DNA of 64,000 nucleotides from Phoronis australis (GCA_002633005.1 NMRA01000735.1:1-64000), one strand, 5' to 3'. Counted from the first letter of the stretch, positions 1 through 14,600 are shown. Translations and numbers: made by a program. Notes: generated by a model from the letters alone, not told the origin.

Positions 1-529
1 GACTATTCGAAAATCGTCTTGGTGGGAAATACCCGACCACGATGCTAGACGAAAAGAAAAGTTGACGCATTACCGTGACTTAAGCGCGGTTGGAATAGGT
101 GTAAATTATGCCGAGAGAAGGAATGTGAAGTATTATGTGATAGCAATTGACACGAGTGTTTTAAAATGTTTAACACATTTTGTTGTTATTATTTTTATTT
201 TATTAGTTTATTTTTCGATCATTATTTATTTAATTTGTAGGAAAGTTTTAGTGTACGTTTTAGTTTGTTTATTAGATGTATTATATGTTGTTTTAATTTT
301 TTTTTATTGATTTTTTTTTCGTGCGTCGGTAAAGTATACATATTTTTTAAGTGTTGTTCAGAAGGAAGTATGCCAATCAAAAGCGTAGATAAACATGGTA
401 GAGTTAGGGCCGGTGACGAAGTGCTTGAAAAGGCCTAACAAACAACATATCCAAGGGTGAGTAGTATCTCCGTATCTTTCATGGAAAGTCGAATAAAATG
501 TCAACAGTGACATCCAAAGGTTTTTTTAA

Positions 530-672
530 TTATTATTATTATTTATTATTATTATAATTATTTTTGACTTTATTATTATTTTTGTTATTATTTTTTATTA
601 TTATTACTTTTTTATTATTACTTTTTATTATTGTTTTGTTTTACTTAGTACCTAAATTTTATTACTATTATT
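530..672. repeat. Degenerate (TTA)n / T-rich low-complexity tract
   Basis: Runs of ttattattatt directly visible. Confidence 0.8.
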
Positions 673-1196
673 TTACCCACCAAAGTGGTTGCGCGCTATA
701 TGAGGACACTTCCATGTGTTAGACGCGGCACTTTCGAGCTTTACCGCACCAGGCTTCAGGGCGATATGGGATAGATTCCCATCTAGGTCTTAACCATTGT
801 AAAATCCCATCTGTTTACATCCATAATACCTCCAGTCCTGTTGGAATAGTACCAACTCTAGTGTTATGTAATTCCTGTATCCGCCATGTACCCAAACCAT
901 AAGTACGTCTGGAGCCGAGGTCACACGCTTGTCAAACCGCTGGCATTCAAGCTCGTTCTACATAGACCCTATTCACGCCGACAGGAGGCGCGTTCCAAAA
1001 CGAGGCTCGCTACGATAGCTCTGTTAGCTTATCGGCATGGGAGTCTGTGTTTCAGTCCGTGTTGTTCCCCAAACGGCTAGAAAAAAATACGTACACGCTT
1101 CACAATCTCTAAAGACGTTTAGATTTGGAAGCGTTGGGTCGTTGCCATACGCCGACGAAGCAAAATATGTCCGTGTAAAATAAATGTTTTCGAAAA

Positions 1197-2172
1197 NNNN
1201 NNNNNNNNNNNNNNNNNNNNNNNNNNNNNNNNNNNNNNNNNNNNNNNNNNNNNNNNNNNNNNNNNNNNNNNNNNNNNNNNNNNNNNNNNNNNNNNNNNNN
1301 NNNNNNNNNNNNNNNNNNNNNNNNNNNNNNNNNNNNNNNNNNNNNNNNNNNNNNNNNNNNNNNNNNNNNNNNNNNNNNNNNNNNNNNNNNNNNNNNNNNN
1401 NNNNNNNNNNNNNNNNNNNNNNNNNNNNNNNNNNNNNNNNNNNNNNNNNNNNNNNNNNNNNNNNNNNNNNNNNNNNNNNNNNNNNNNNNNNNNNNNNNNN
1501 NNNNNNNNNNNNNNNNNNNNNNNNNNNNNNNNNNNNNNNNNNNNNNNNNNNNNNNNNNNNNNNNNNNNNNNNNNNNNNNNNNNNNNNNNNNNNNNNNNNN
1601 NNNNNNNNNNNNNNNNNNNNNNNNNNNNNNNNNNNNNNNNNNNNNNNNNNNNNNNNNNNNNNNNNNNNNNNNNNNNNNNNNNNNNNNNNNNNNNNNNNNN
1701 NNNNNNNNNNNNNNNNNNNNNNNNNNNNNNNNNNNNNNNNNNNNNNNNNNNNNNNNNNNNNNNNNNNNNNNNNNNNNNNNNNNNNNNNNNNNNNNNNNNN
1801 NNNNNNNNNNNNNNNNNNNNNNNNNNNNNNNNNNNNNNNNNNNNNNNNNNNNNNNNNNNNNNNNNNNNNNNNNNNNNNNNNNNNNNNNNNNNNNNNNNNN
1901 NNNNNNNNNNNNNNNNNNNNNNNNNNNNNNNNNNNNNNNNNNNNNNNNNNNNNNNNNNNNNNNNNNNNNNNNNNNNNNNNNNNNNNNNNNNNNNNNNNNN
2001 NNNNNNNNNNNNNNNNNNNNNNNNNNNNNNNNNNNNNNNNNNNNNNNNNNNNNNNNNNNNNNNNNNNNNNNNNNNNNNNNNNNNNNNNNNNNNNNNNNNN
2101 NNNNNNNNNNNNNNNNNNNNNNNNNNNNNNNNNNNNNNNNNNNNNNNNNNNNNNNNNNNNNNNNNNNNNNNN
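1197..2172. other. Assembly gap (N run)
   Basis: Continuous Ns. The ORFs 1024..2190 and 1184..2182 are artefacts of this gap. Confidence 0.99.
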
Positions 2173-2504
2173 TTGGGTTTGAGGGATCATTAAAATCGAA
2201 AGAAATCGGCCGTTAGAAAAGCCATCTGTGGCTACAAATAATAAATAAGGGAAGTATCGTTTGTCCAGGACAATTAACGACGAACGGGAAGGAGTCTACT
2301 AGTTATAAACTTGTCTAATTAGGAAAACTTACGAGTGAATGTACTGTTGCTTGAGGCTGGGCCAACAGGAAGCTGGAGAGAAAGAACAAACAGCGCAACC
2401 ATCGGACTTGGTAGGAACTAACCAGCAGTTGGATATGAAGCATGAAGGGCTCTATAATGGTATTTGCCCAAATAATAGGATTTATGTCAGAGTGCCATAA
2501 ATCT

Positions 2505-5500
2505 CATTATTTTTCGAAGGCAACTGTACAGTGCAATCAATGCTAGTAATGACGCTCTTTTCTCTTATTGCTAACTTTTGCTAAACACTTTGAGAAAATT
2601 AAATTTCATTTGTTGCCCATACGGTGTGATAGATTGAAGAGCGTTTTGGTTATCTATTTCAGTAAAACGAATTACTGTAACAAGGCTGAAATGTTTAGAT
2701 GAAGCGGTTTTCAGGTTGACAATTTTTATTGTTAACCCCGATGCCGCTTTCTAGATTTTCAAGCAAAGTTTTATTAGAGTAATTAATAATCATGCCCCCG
2801 TAATCCAATTGAAATTTAAGGGCAAATAACCTCATAGCTTTCTCTCGCAAGAGAGATTACCTGAAGCGAATAGCTCAGCTTACTCGAAATTCATCTTACT
2901 GGGGTATCTTTAAGGAAGCTAGAAATAAGGTAAACGATGCTCTTAAACGGGATAAGGCTGAGTATTACGACCAAGGTATTAATGAAAATAAATCTAACGG
3001 GAAAACTCTGGAAAATCATAAAATCAATTTTACCTAACAAGTCCAAGTCTGTCGCAAATAAATTTCTAATTGGAAAGATTTTGTTTCGGACAAATGTAAA
3101 ATAGCAAATGCATTTAATGACTTTTTTACTGGCTTGGCCAAAAACTTGCTGAGAATTTCAGTATGTCAACTATTGAGCTCCCGCTCAAGATACAAGAGGG
3201 AATATCATTTAAGTTTCAAGATATTCAAGTTGACTACGTCCGAGAACAAATAAAAACTCTGAATTCTAGTAGTGCCAGTGGCATCGATAGCAATGATGGC
3301 AAACTATTAAAACTGGCTTCTCAACAAATAGCTGAGCCCCTTACCAATATCATGAATTTAAGTTTAAAAACAGCCACAATTCCTAGAGAATGGAAGATGG
3401 CAGTTGTTACTCCTGTTTTTAAAGATGGTGAAAAGTCAAGTTGCAAAATTATAGATCAATATTGGTCCTCCCTGCAGTGTCCAAAATTCTTGAAAGGTTT
3501 GTTCAAAAGCAGCTTCACCAGTTCCTGGAGAAAAATTCCCTTCTCTCGGCAGCACAATCTGGTTTCCGACCCTTGCATTCAATTCTTACTACAAACATTC
3601 ATGCTACCGAGTTTATCTTTAATAATATGGATCAGGGGAGGCTAACTGGTGCTGTCTTTGTTGACCTTAAGAAAGCCTTTGACACTGTGGACCATGGTAT
3701 CCTATTGCTGAAACTAGAGTCTTATGGTGTTAATGATAACGAACTCCTTTGGTTTAGAAACTACTTATACGACCTTAAACAGGCCACCAAAGACGGCGGT
3801 ATACCTCCTGAGTACTCAACCGTAATCACGGGGGTACCTCAGGGTTCCATTTTGGGCCCTCTTTTATTCAGAATTTTTGTTAACGACTCCCTACCCTCCT
3901 CCACAACAGTGTCCCAGTTTTATACGCTGATGACAATGCAATTATGTCCGCAGCTGGATAAGTAAAAGAACTCGAAACTTCTCTCAAAGATGAGCTAGCC
4001 CTTATCCGTGAATGGCTGATTCAAAATAGACTCACTCTTAACGTTAGTAAAACCAAGTCGATGCTGTTTGGAACCCACCAGAAATTAAAACAACAAAAAC
4101 TATCCCTTTCTGTCAACGGTTCTCCCATCGAGAATGTTGATAAGTTTAAGTACTTGGGCCTTACTTCAGATCCCAATCATAAGTTTAATATGCACATAGA
4201 TCATATCACAAAGAAATTATCTAAGAACATCGGTGTACTTAAACGTCTAGGAAAATTTCTTAATGTCAGTACTCTTAAGACCCTTTACCATTCTAGTATT
4301 CAGCCTCATATCGATTATTGTTTACTGGTTTGGGGGCACACTAGTGACACACTTGTCAGCAAAGTCCAAGTAATCCAAAATAGAGCCGCCAGGGCTATCC
4401 TGGGTACTAAAAGTAGGGACACTGGGATTGACGACTTGTATTCCAAGCTGCGATTTATGAAAATAAGACAAAGAAATAAATATCTCTCTGCCTGCTGTAT
4501 GTACAGATGTATCAATGGCTTGGCTTCAGCATATCTCAGCAGTAAATTCAATAGCAGACAAGCTGTATATTCTACACGTTCTTTTGTTGCTGGCAAAGTT
4601 TATTCTAAAAAAATTAAAACCGAGAAGGGCAAGAGATCTTTTATCTATGCAGCTGCTATAATATGGAATTATTTTAGCCCACAAATCAAACGGTCCAATT
4701 CAATTACTACCTTTAAAGTAAATATTAAAAAGTGGTTGTAATTTACTTGACCTTTTACATGTATACCCTGCCTGTCATTTTTTCATTGTCGTAAATACTC
4801 TCACTGTCTAGAATCATCTCTTAATTTCTTTCATCTGATTTGTTAAAATTTTACCATTATTTGTCATTCAGTTATTGTCTTAATTCTCAAGATGTTTTAA
4901 TTGTATCTTTGTTACGTGTATTTCATTGTTGTTTTATTACTTCATTGTATTATATTACTGTTTTTCTTGTTGTGGGCCCTCTTGGAAAGCAGTGCTATCA
5001 CTGAATAGCCCACCTTCATTTTAAATATCACAATAATAAATAAATATATAAATTAATGGTGCAGTCTTGGAGAGATATTTGTCATTAAAGTTAGGCCCAA
5101 TATTTGTGTTTCCTGGTCAGCTGATGGAAGACATTGAAACGTTTGTATGCAACCTGCTCGGCGACTCATCATGAACAGTTCAAAAAGCACGTCACCACAT
5201 ATTCAGGTTGAAATCTGATGGAATTATCTCTGCTTCCTAATCATGCTTGTTTAATGCTACACGCTAAAAGAGCAACTACCAGTGTACCTTGCAACTGCAT
5301 GCCAGTGCACTCCAGCTGGTATTGGGGGACTTTGAGCAGGTTAGTACGAATAGCTACTGGGTGGCTTTTCCTTGAGCCCCACTGAATGTCGTGGAACTGT
5401 TAAATGCAAGGGTAAAATGAGTGGTTGTAATAAAAAATTGGACTCTTGTTTGAAGTGGGGCATGACATGTTCTAAGTACTGCAGTGTGATTGTCGAGATT

Positions 5501-5600
5501 GTGTGAACACGGTGTTTCAAGAAACAACTTTTGATAACTAAAATGATGATATACATACATGGATGAAGTAGATGAAGAAACATAATAAGTGTGTGCTACG
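2505..5600 (+). mobile_element. Academ-type DNA transposon 3' remnant, split by a LINE insertion
   Basis: 2505-2725 matches 23395-23600, and 5055-5600 matches 23620-24150 (HAKRANY..., GW, Cys-rich tail). The two parts are contiguous in the other copy. Confidence 0.7.
2730..5045 (+). mobile_element. 5'-truncated CR1/L2-clade LINE with frameshifted reverse transcriptase
   Basis: ORFs 3163-4741 carry WKMAVVTPVFK, QSGFRP, FVDLKKAFDTVDH, GVPQGSILGPLLF, a YADD (frameshifted, ~3922), KYLG, and IQNRAAR. Ends in an AATAATAAATAAA tail near 5032-5045. Confidence 0.92.
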
Positions 5601-6194
5601 TTGAACTTTAAACTTGTAGCCTAATGGAAAATATTTGCAACATATTATCATGTTCATTGCCGCTAGGACTGCATGGCGTATGTTCTCCCGTGACAGTTGG
5701 AAATGAACTGCAATGTTGATAACCAAAACCAAACCCTAAACTAAAGAACAGATCTATGGATAAATTCGGGTACGTTCTCATTGCCCTGCACTATAAATTG
5801 AACTGAGCAGGAGCAGGTGAGGTCTGCTTCGAGACACCGCGGACAGATACATGTACGACATCATTTGCCTGCTTATGTCAGCTTACAGCAGGCTGTGAAA
5901 ATACAACGATTAAATGCATTTCTGGGCAAAAGCTGCTTCATTTAATTGCTCAGGAATTCACATAACCCCACAACTCAGCTATTGTTCACTCACGGAAGTT
6001 TATAAGCTCCTAGGTATCTGCCTTCATGAGCCCTTACAAAAGATGACCATAACATGGTCTTCTAGACTTCAATATTACTACAGGAATGATTTCGAAATGT
6101 CCTACCCAGTTGCGTTTTGAAGACGATCACAATTCGAACTCGCAGCCATGGACAACCATGGGGGCGAGAAATGCAGCAATAACCTGACCAATGA

Positions 6195-6298
6195 AAATGG
6201 CTTTGACATAACTTTATTTTGCCTTCAATGGGTGGTCAGTACATTTACTTCACTGTGTACATTTCAAATGTCGTCGATGCCGTTGACCATCCAATTCC
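6195..6298 (-). other. Predicted 3'-UTR terminal exon of defensin-like gene A
   Basis: Minus-strand acceptor gatttttag at 6299 and AATAAA at 6213-6218. Both are conserved in the paralog (cattttcag at 47200, AATAAA at 47114-47119). The 3' end is estimated. Confidence 0.6.
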
Positions 6299-9200
6299 CT
6301 AAAAATCAAGCGTAAAACGTCAATTATGTAATTATAGTGGAGCACAAAATGAAAGATACTTATGCTGTGCAGTACAGTGAATAATTCTCAAAACACCAAT
6401 TAGAGTTATACATGTAGTTCTAGTCCGATTTATACTTCTGGCAACAGTGTGTAGATGTTCCAATGTGTACACAAGTTTTGGAAATTACTGCAAGATAGTT
6501 TTTCCAACGTTACGGAGTCGCCTGGCTCACTCTATTCGGAATGAATTGATTACTGACTGTTTCAGACACACAATCTGTCGTCCGCGTCGATTTTCAAAGA
6601 CAGAACTACAAGAGCCCTCCTATGGTTGAAAAAAGGAACAATCAGAATTGAGTTGTTGATCTTACTCGTGGCCCAGAGACTTGCAGCTGTTTCGTATAAA
6701 CACCGGTAGAGAGCTAAGAAATCTTCCCGCAAACTAGCCATTCACGAAATGCTCAGCAGAACAAGCAAGGCGAACAGCTTATTATTTAAAATGACTTATT
6801 CTTATTAAAATGACATAGGCAAAAAATTGAATTTCAGGTCTCAAAAGCGAGCCCCCATATATTAATATAGGGGGTGTCGCCAAAAGGTGGCCGAGAGCGG
6901 GTGCTTTTTATATTAATATTGGTTGCCTTGCCGTAAGGCGGCTGTCTTCTGCCAAGCCTCCCTATATTAATATGAGTGACCTCGCCCTGCGAGCGTGGCC
7001 GCCAATTTTAATATACGCAGCCAACTTGAAGGGGACCACAGAGTCTATAATCTGCCGAAGAGCAAAGTGCTTTACATTTCTGGGATACCCAACATTAGTT
7101 TGGAGGCACCACTGTTTGACTAACTTTGGTCACGGCCCCTGACTATTACAGGAGGTCCCAATGTTCTCGTGGTTTCCGGTAAAATTGCATAATTGGCCCG
7201 CTTTTCGACTGGCATTATGTAAGGCTCCCTATCATAATACATACATCTTTGTTCTCCAGTCGCCTTCGGGCTGGGCCCCTCCAGTCACATGACAGAACAT
7301 GAATCGGAACGTAAATCATAGCCAACTAGCCGTTACCCGTGCCTTCGCAGCTAGTGGGAAACGCGGAGGGGAAATAGCTACACCTAAGAATGAACCGAGT
7401 GTTCATCGCAAGAAACAGGAGTATTACTATAGGGACCGTGTTCAAAGCTTCAAACAGAATTTCTGTCACTGTCAGATATTATTAAGCAAGGTGTGCGGCT
7501 GCGGGATTCTTTCCCTAGGGAGTACAAATTTCTTTCCAGAACATTTGACCCTGCAGTAACATTTACCTTGCCCGTTACAGCCGTTCATAGAAGTAACAAA
7601 TCTATTAAACGTTAACAAAGGAAAATCTGTCGTCGTTTTGAAAATGGTGCATACTTGTGACACGTGCACGTAGGCCTACGCGCTATTTCCTAAAACTTTG
7701 CGATATCTGTCGAGAGTTTGTTCTGAAATTGGGTTTTGTGGAATTATAATAGCAAAAACTTTGAACGAAATGAAACCACTTCCGATTGTTATGATCTGTA
7801 CGCAACCTCGAAGTTGATTGAAGAACATGGAAATTGGCCAATAGGTGACGCAAAGGCACCCAAAGAGGGCCGCATGACAATTTTAGCAGCAGAATAACTG
7901 ATGAACGCCAATGTTCCAACACCCGGGTAAATAATTTAGTTACTCAAGGAAGAGTAAACAATTTTTAATGAGGCATAAGTAATTTAGGCAGCAGCAGGCC
8001 CGATGAATTATATTCGCGCCAAAAGCCGGAGGGAGTGAAATTAAGCCGATGGAGTGACGTCACCCAGGCCGTTGTGCCGACCGACTGACGTCACTAAGGC
8101 CAGTACGAAGCTGACCACCCTCCCTCCGCGTCCGCGAAGAAACGGCCCGCGAGAAAAATATAGGACACCTCGAATCCTTAATTTCCGTTACTAAGCTTCA
8201 TCGAAGATATGTGTAAAAGTAGAAAGAACCACTGAAGAAAGTAAGCTCTTTTTTAAATGATAGGTTTAAGTGTGAAAAGTATTTTTGACGAGGTGAAAAC
8301 TCCAAATCAGAGGCAGGATTTGGCCTACCGCCCTTTTAAAATATATGGGACGAAATTCGTACAGAAAGCAATGTGAAGTATTGCAGCCAGTAAACGGCCA
8401 ACCGAGGGGCTACGTGTTGCCTAGGCAGACGGTAGCCCCTAATTACTAGTCTGCCCCACTGGAGCTACGTCGCACTTAAACCGGTTGAGTTGCCTAATCT
8501 TGACTGGTGAGGGTGTCCGTAATGTTGGATATTCTATTCATGATGTTTTCGATAAATTCGTGTTGGATATATTTGATTTTTCAGTATGATCATAGCGATC
8601 TCTTATCTACAAGTTATTTCAAAGTTTTAGAATAAGGTAATGAACTTCTCTAATTATTTTAAAACTGGAAGTGATCTAAAACTAGCCATAACGTAACCAA
8701 TTAATCAGTTCTAAAAATCACAGTGACTTTACTTTCAGCATAACAGAGGGAGTCCCCGGGTTTTATTGTCATGTCAATGTGCTGACCTACAAATTGATAA
8801 TAGGTTCTAAGTGCATGTCACATTCTAGTTCCTCACACTGTTGTGGTCAACATAACAACTGCCAGGGCTGGGAAACATCAATCTGAAGAGAACTTTCACC
8901 TCTACTCAGAAAACTTATACTTAAATTTAAAACTAATTTGCATCCAAAAAGAAAAAGAAACAGAAGGAATTGCTTTAGTTTATATATGGGTTTGTTTCGA
9001 ATTTATTAAAAATATTCTTTTAGTCAAAAAGCCCACATTTGAAGATAAAAAGTAAGATATTTGGCATGCGACTAAACTGGATTTTGTATACTTTCTAAAA
9101 ACCAAAAGCTAAAGAATGTAATTTGTTGGAGATTGGATGCTACAACGAAATTATATTATCCCAATAAGCATAATTGAAGAAAGAATGTAGTAGTTGACTT

Positions 9201-9479
9201 CAATTTAACACAGGCAAAAGCTAGTGTGTGTTGTTCTAAATACATTTTTAGGATTTCCCATGCCAAATGATGTTTTGTGGATTTCGCAAGCTATTTTTTA
9301 TCTTCTGAGATCTATGCCATAGGTGTAATACAGCTGACTGGTAAATGATAAAACTTGCATGGAAATGATCTGTGTATATGTGCACTTTTTTGCCCAAGCG
9401 CAAGAGTTGATCCCTTCTGCCTTGTTCCAGTTTCGTGTTCAGACATACATACATGTAGTTGGCACGGGAGCGAAGCATT

Positions 9480-9595
9480 GCGTCCCAGGTTCTGTGCGTC
9501 ACAGGCTCTTTGTGTTCCATGCTCTGTGTATTCCGGGTCGTGGGTTCTATGTGTCCGGGGTTCTGATGTGTCCAGGGTTCTACATGTACATGTCA
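9480..9595. repeat. Short degenerate ~17-bp tandem repeat (tgtgtccagggttcta-like)
   Basis: Repeated gttct.tgtgt.c.gg units. Confidence 0.55.
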
Positions 9596-12259
9596 CGTTC
9601 TTTTTGTGACTTACTCCAGGTGCTCAGCAAATGCCATTTTAGGTTGACATGGGAATTTTGTGGTACGAATTAATGAACATATTAACATTTTCATTTGAAA
9701 TTCTTATTTATCTTTAAGTTTGTCTCATGACAATGAAGTAGCTATATTAGGGTAGCTCATTTTCGGTCGTTAATTATAAGCACCACTGTTATTGCTGAAT
9801 GAAATCTGGAAGTAATTAGTCCGAGGTGAAATGAAATTTCTCCAACTCTGTTGATTTGTCATCAAATGCTTTTTGTTCAATTTATTTATTTGCTGGCACA
9901 CTACAGGTCACTTTTTTATCTGATCAATTCGTAATTTACTGTCAATACCCGTCTCATGAATAGCTCAAGTATACTGGCTTTGGTTAAAAACAGAAGTGAG
10001 ATTGCATTGTTACTGCCACTCTTCACCATATTTTGTTTTGCAGAGCCATCCGATGGCTCTGGGCCGTTCTTTCTGGAGGGCCATTGTTTTTCTCTAGAAC
10101 TTGACGTTGCCAGATTTCTGAGGACTGCTTTCCAATAAATCTCTTAAATGAAATAACTTCAGAAATCACACTAACTTGCAAGGCCTAACAGCATAGCCCA
10201 AGATGAAGAAACTGTAGTCAAATATACTGTGTTGGGTGGGTTGAACATGCTTCAACATAATTTCTCACGTAGCTGTCCCGTCCCTAAATTCACTGAAAAG
10301 TTGCCTCGAGATTCAGCAAAGTCGTGCATTGAACCACAACACGAAATGAGGCCACCTGCTGCACTGTATTTATTAACATTACTATCGCGCATTGTTTGTT
10401 TGATCAAGAGTGTCCTTAACACAAAGCTTCATTAGAAATAGTTTGTTGAATCGTGACAGAAACTGCAGGGAAATTGAGCAAAAGTAACATAACCGGAATG
10501 TTGATTGTCAAAAAGTCCCGCAAAGCTAGAGGGAATTACATTAAAAATTCTACGATTTAATCAGTTTATGGAAACTAAGGTATAATGGCATACTACATAC
10601 AATACTTCTTTATTCAGCACTCTCAGGTCACCGCAAACTTTTGGATGATATGCTTCACCCAAGTGTCACATAGCTTTCGTATTTCATACTTCAATGTTAC
10701 ATTGGTTAAGGGGCAAGTTTTACTCAAACATTGGTCTAGGTGCATTTCCCACCTCTATGGTTATCCTAGGCCATCAGCTGTAGCTAAGTTCAAACCAGCT
10801 AAAGCTCTTTCCGTTGATGTAAATGTTATGTAATCAGTACCCTCTGCAGTGTAGGCTTGTTATCAGATCAGGTTATGTAATGTAGAGCAACTTAGCACAG
10901 GGAAGCTGTGAGTGCGATTTGGGGGTTTCTGAAAGTAGGGCGGCCATGACACTGTTGGTAGAGATAAAGTGAGGTGGTTTTGGACCACTGAATGTTAAAT
11001 ATTTCATTTTCTTTCTGCAAAATTATCAGTTTTCGTATCTCTCCAGGCTTTTGAGTTGGGGGGGCAGGTCTCAGGAATCACCTCATGTGAGCGCCCAGCC
11101 TAAAATATAGGGATGTAGGGGGACCCGAATGTTTGGGTTTGTGGATCTGATTACTAAAAAAAACGGATTTCTTCAAGGCCTATGCATTGCATTTGCATTC
11201 AACTACCCCCGGAGCCCTCCTGGCTGCCCTCATATGCTAGTCAGCAATTCGCACCCCGAACTGCGAAACGAAATATGGGAGAATTTCAGGGGGGGCACAT
11301 GTCCCCCCTTAAATCCACCGCTGTTCTCAACAGTATGAGGGAAACTCTCCAATGTAGCCAAATATCTTAAAACCAGGTCATGAACATTCCCACTAAATGA
11401 GGTTATTTCAGACCCTACTGATCAGGGAAAACAGTGGGGTTTAACAGATTGAACTAGAGGGTATTTATCTACCTTGAATGAGTTGCACTGGCTGGGTTGA
11501 GGATCAAAGGATCCCTCCTAGGTGCTCTATTCATCCAGTCACCTGTGAGGATAATTGGCTTCGCTCATGCGAATACGATCAGCTGATTACAATCTTGCCT
11601 AGATGACCGTACTTTTATGGAGAGCATTTTGTGTACAATGTAGTTTTTAATGCAATATCTAAAAAGAGGAGTGAAACAATAATTGTTAAATCTTTTAATT
11701 TTTCAAATCACACCAGGAGAATGATTTTGCAACACAGCAAAACTCACGATTACGTTTATTCGGCACCAAAAATATAGGACCCAAGTTAGGATAGTATAAA
11801 TGTAATCCTACTCGGAGTGTTATTTAGATTTTGAGCATAACCTAAACATTTTCTTGGTGATCTTAAAATCAATTTTGGCGGAAAAAATGGCGGTAAAATT
11901 TTGCGACCTGGAATTTATGAATGGGAGCTGGATTTTGAAAATGCGACCTGGGATTTTGGCTAGCTTGCAAATTGCGATCTGGCAATTTTCATAACATCGA
12001 ACCCTGCAGGAACACGATAAAATGAATTTGGATTTTGACATCAGTCTTCATATAGCTAGCTGGGTGACTTAGGTACCACTGTGTATCTCCGTTAGACCCC
12101 GAAATTTCACACAGCCCCGGTAGTTCTGCTTGTCAGTTCGTGAAATATTATTAACATGTACATGTAGAGCGTAGGACTATTATCTTGTACTACTCCGTGG
12201 TGCAGCTAACGACCGTGGGCCTGCGCATGCAAAATCTGGGAGTTAGCCAACACTCACCT

Positions 12260-13102
12260 TGCACTTTGCAGCCGTTAAAGTAAAAAATCTAATGAACGTC
12301 ATGTTGTTGCATAATTCTTTGTCTTTTTGTAACAAAGAAAAGTCCGTCATCGTTTCGTAAGCAATTCTCTTGTGACACGCGCACGCGCCATTTATTAATT
12401 TGCGACATCTCTGATGATATGATGACAGCTTGTTCTAAAATTTCCTGGTATTAAAATACTGAAAACTTGTAATGAAATAACACCTATTTACCGCAATGTT
12501 GGAAAAATTGGCGTTGTTCTACCATTATTCTACAGCTAAAATTGTGGTGCGATCTTTTGCTTGGCTTTCGGCGCCATTAAATATTGCGTCACCTATTGGC
12601 CAGTTTCTTTCCGACAGTCCTGAAAAAATCATAGTGGGCGCCAAATTTCTAGACCAAAAGCCTCGCCGATGTGTCGGTATTTATCCGCAAATATACACTT
12701 CAAACTTCTGAAGTGCTTCAAAAAGAATTACTTTAAAAATTTTGTAGATCTCACAAGGTACGTGTGTTACTATGGTCTGGCTTTTCAGAACAGACACAGT
12801 GTACTTGTCGACGGAATTGAATCTCGCCATCAGTCGGCGAGTTTTCGCCCTGCGATATCCCCACAATTTTCCGAAAAAGAATTTAATGACGAAATTTGAT
12901 AGCAATGTACCACAATTTTGTGGAAAGTCGATCTGTCGTAGGCTACAGATACGTTGCAGAGCATAAATTTGATGAATCCTAGCTTCGAATCCCACCTGTT
13001 TCGGACACTGTGTTTCAACAGCCTTAGGCTCCAATAAGCGCACCTCCTCTCCTGAAACTAGTTTTTCTAAGCGCCCTAGGGGCTTACTAGGGATAATACG
13101 GT
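12260..13102. mobile_element. Non-autonomous Tc1/mariner-like element, partial copy
   Basis: Internal blocks match 44975-45220 and 45680-45800, and 7575-7870 in part. Ends in ...taatacgg like the 44756-46030 copy. Confidence 0.55.
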
Positions 13103-13439
13103 GTCTATAAATGAGACCAAGAAAGCAACTTGGATTTGGTGGACAGAAAGTCATAACTGTGTAGCTGTCCATTAATTTAAAAGCAGCCATTGATTACGTT
13201 AATTTACCCAATTACATGGCGACATATTGTATCTGCCATTAATTGAAATTTCATCAAATATGTTGCTCTGACATCAAGTTTTTTGTCTGCACTCTACATA
13301 CAGGTTGCACTATTTGTCCAATTGGCACAAGATTCACCCACAACTTCTAGTCCCCGAAGTTCTGGAAGCCTATGGTCGTTCATCATGATCAGATTCAAGG
13401 TGGCGGACGTGTTGGCTATTTTGTTTTCGAAGTCAGATT

Positions 13440-14600
13440 CATATGCTCATAGAGGCCGCATTTCTATGCGCCCACATACCTATACATGTATGTGGGTGCA
13501 AATTGCCTTCATCTCTGTCTGGGCGTCCAGCGTCCGCAGCTGTAATTCCTGAACCCCTCAAAGAATCTTCAACCAAATTTCACAGATGGGTTCATATGAA
13601 GAGGACGACAGCTAGAAGAGGACGAATTTCGGACGAATCTGACTACCGTTGTGCCCCCTAGTGGCAATTTATTTTTTACATTTACCTCTGTCTCTTTAAA
13701 GGTCGTCAACGGATTTTGTGAAACTTGGCATATTGGCATCTGTAAGTAGGATGATGTTATATTCCTGTTTTCGGAAGGAGTCAAGGTATTTTGCGCCACC
13801 TTATGACCATTTTTACTGGGTTTTTTGGCATCTGCCTCTCTATCAACGAAACTGCTATTAAAGATGATTGTAGAAATTGGCATGTATGTTCTTACTATGA
13901 AGAGAAAGCCTGACGATGATTTTCGGATTACTTTGGCTACTGTGGCACCTCCTAGTGGCAGTTCATTGGAGACATGATGCTATCTCCCTGTTTTCCGAAT
14001 TATTTGAGGCATTTTGCGCCACCTAGTGACCATTTATGTTTTTTTTGGCATCCGCTCCTCTATCAACCAAACCATTCTATGGATTATTGTGAAAATTGAT
14101 ATATCTGTTCTTAGTATAGAAAGTACGGCTGACGATGACGACTGACTGCTGTGGCGCCTCCTAGCTTTTTTGCGCCTATAGCTGTATGTCCTAAGCCTAC
14201 TGCAGGATATTTATTAAATTTAGAAAGTGTATTCATGTCATTTTGAGAACAGATATTAACAACTTACAGTTGCATTGCCCCCTAGTGACCATTCCATTTT
14301 TTCCGGTCTTCCTTTGTTTCTCTGAAGTTTCTAGACAGATTTTTATGGAAATTGGTAAATACTTCCTATTAAAGAAACGATGTTTCTGTTTTCGGATGGA
14401 CTTGACATGTTTTGCACCATCTGGTGGCCATTTTTATGATACAAATAGACGTCTCAAGAACTATGATGTTTGCGATGCCCAATTGCTTCAAAATTTTTCG
14501 TCTGATATTTTTTGTAGAATGCTATTATCAGGGCTGCTTAACTGGAAGTTGTATTCAAAATTGCCGCCCTGACTTAGTTTCATTATTTTTCTTTAGTCCT
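13440..14600. mobile_element. Helentron/HINE-like non-autonomous element with internal tandem repeats
   Basis: tgtctgggcgtccagcgtccg head, then recurring units with aaa(c/t)ttggca and gcgccacctagtg at irregular ~70-150 bp spacing. The class is inferred from this layout. Confidence 0.5.

Noticed and set aside
1024-2190. Two long ORFs (388 and 332 aa)
   Set aside because: They consist almost entirely of Ns from the assembly gap.
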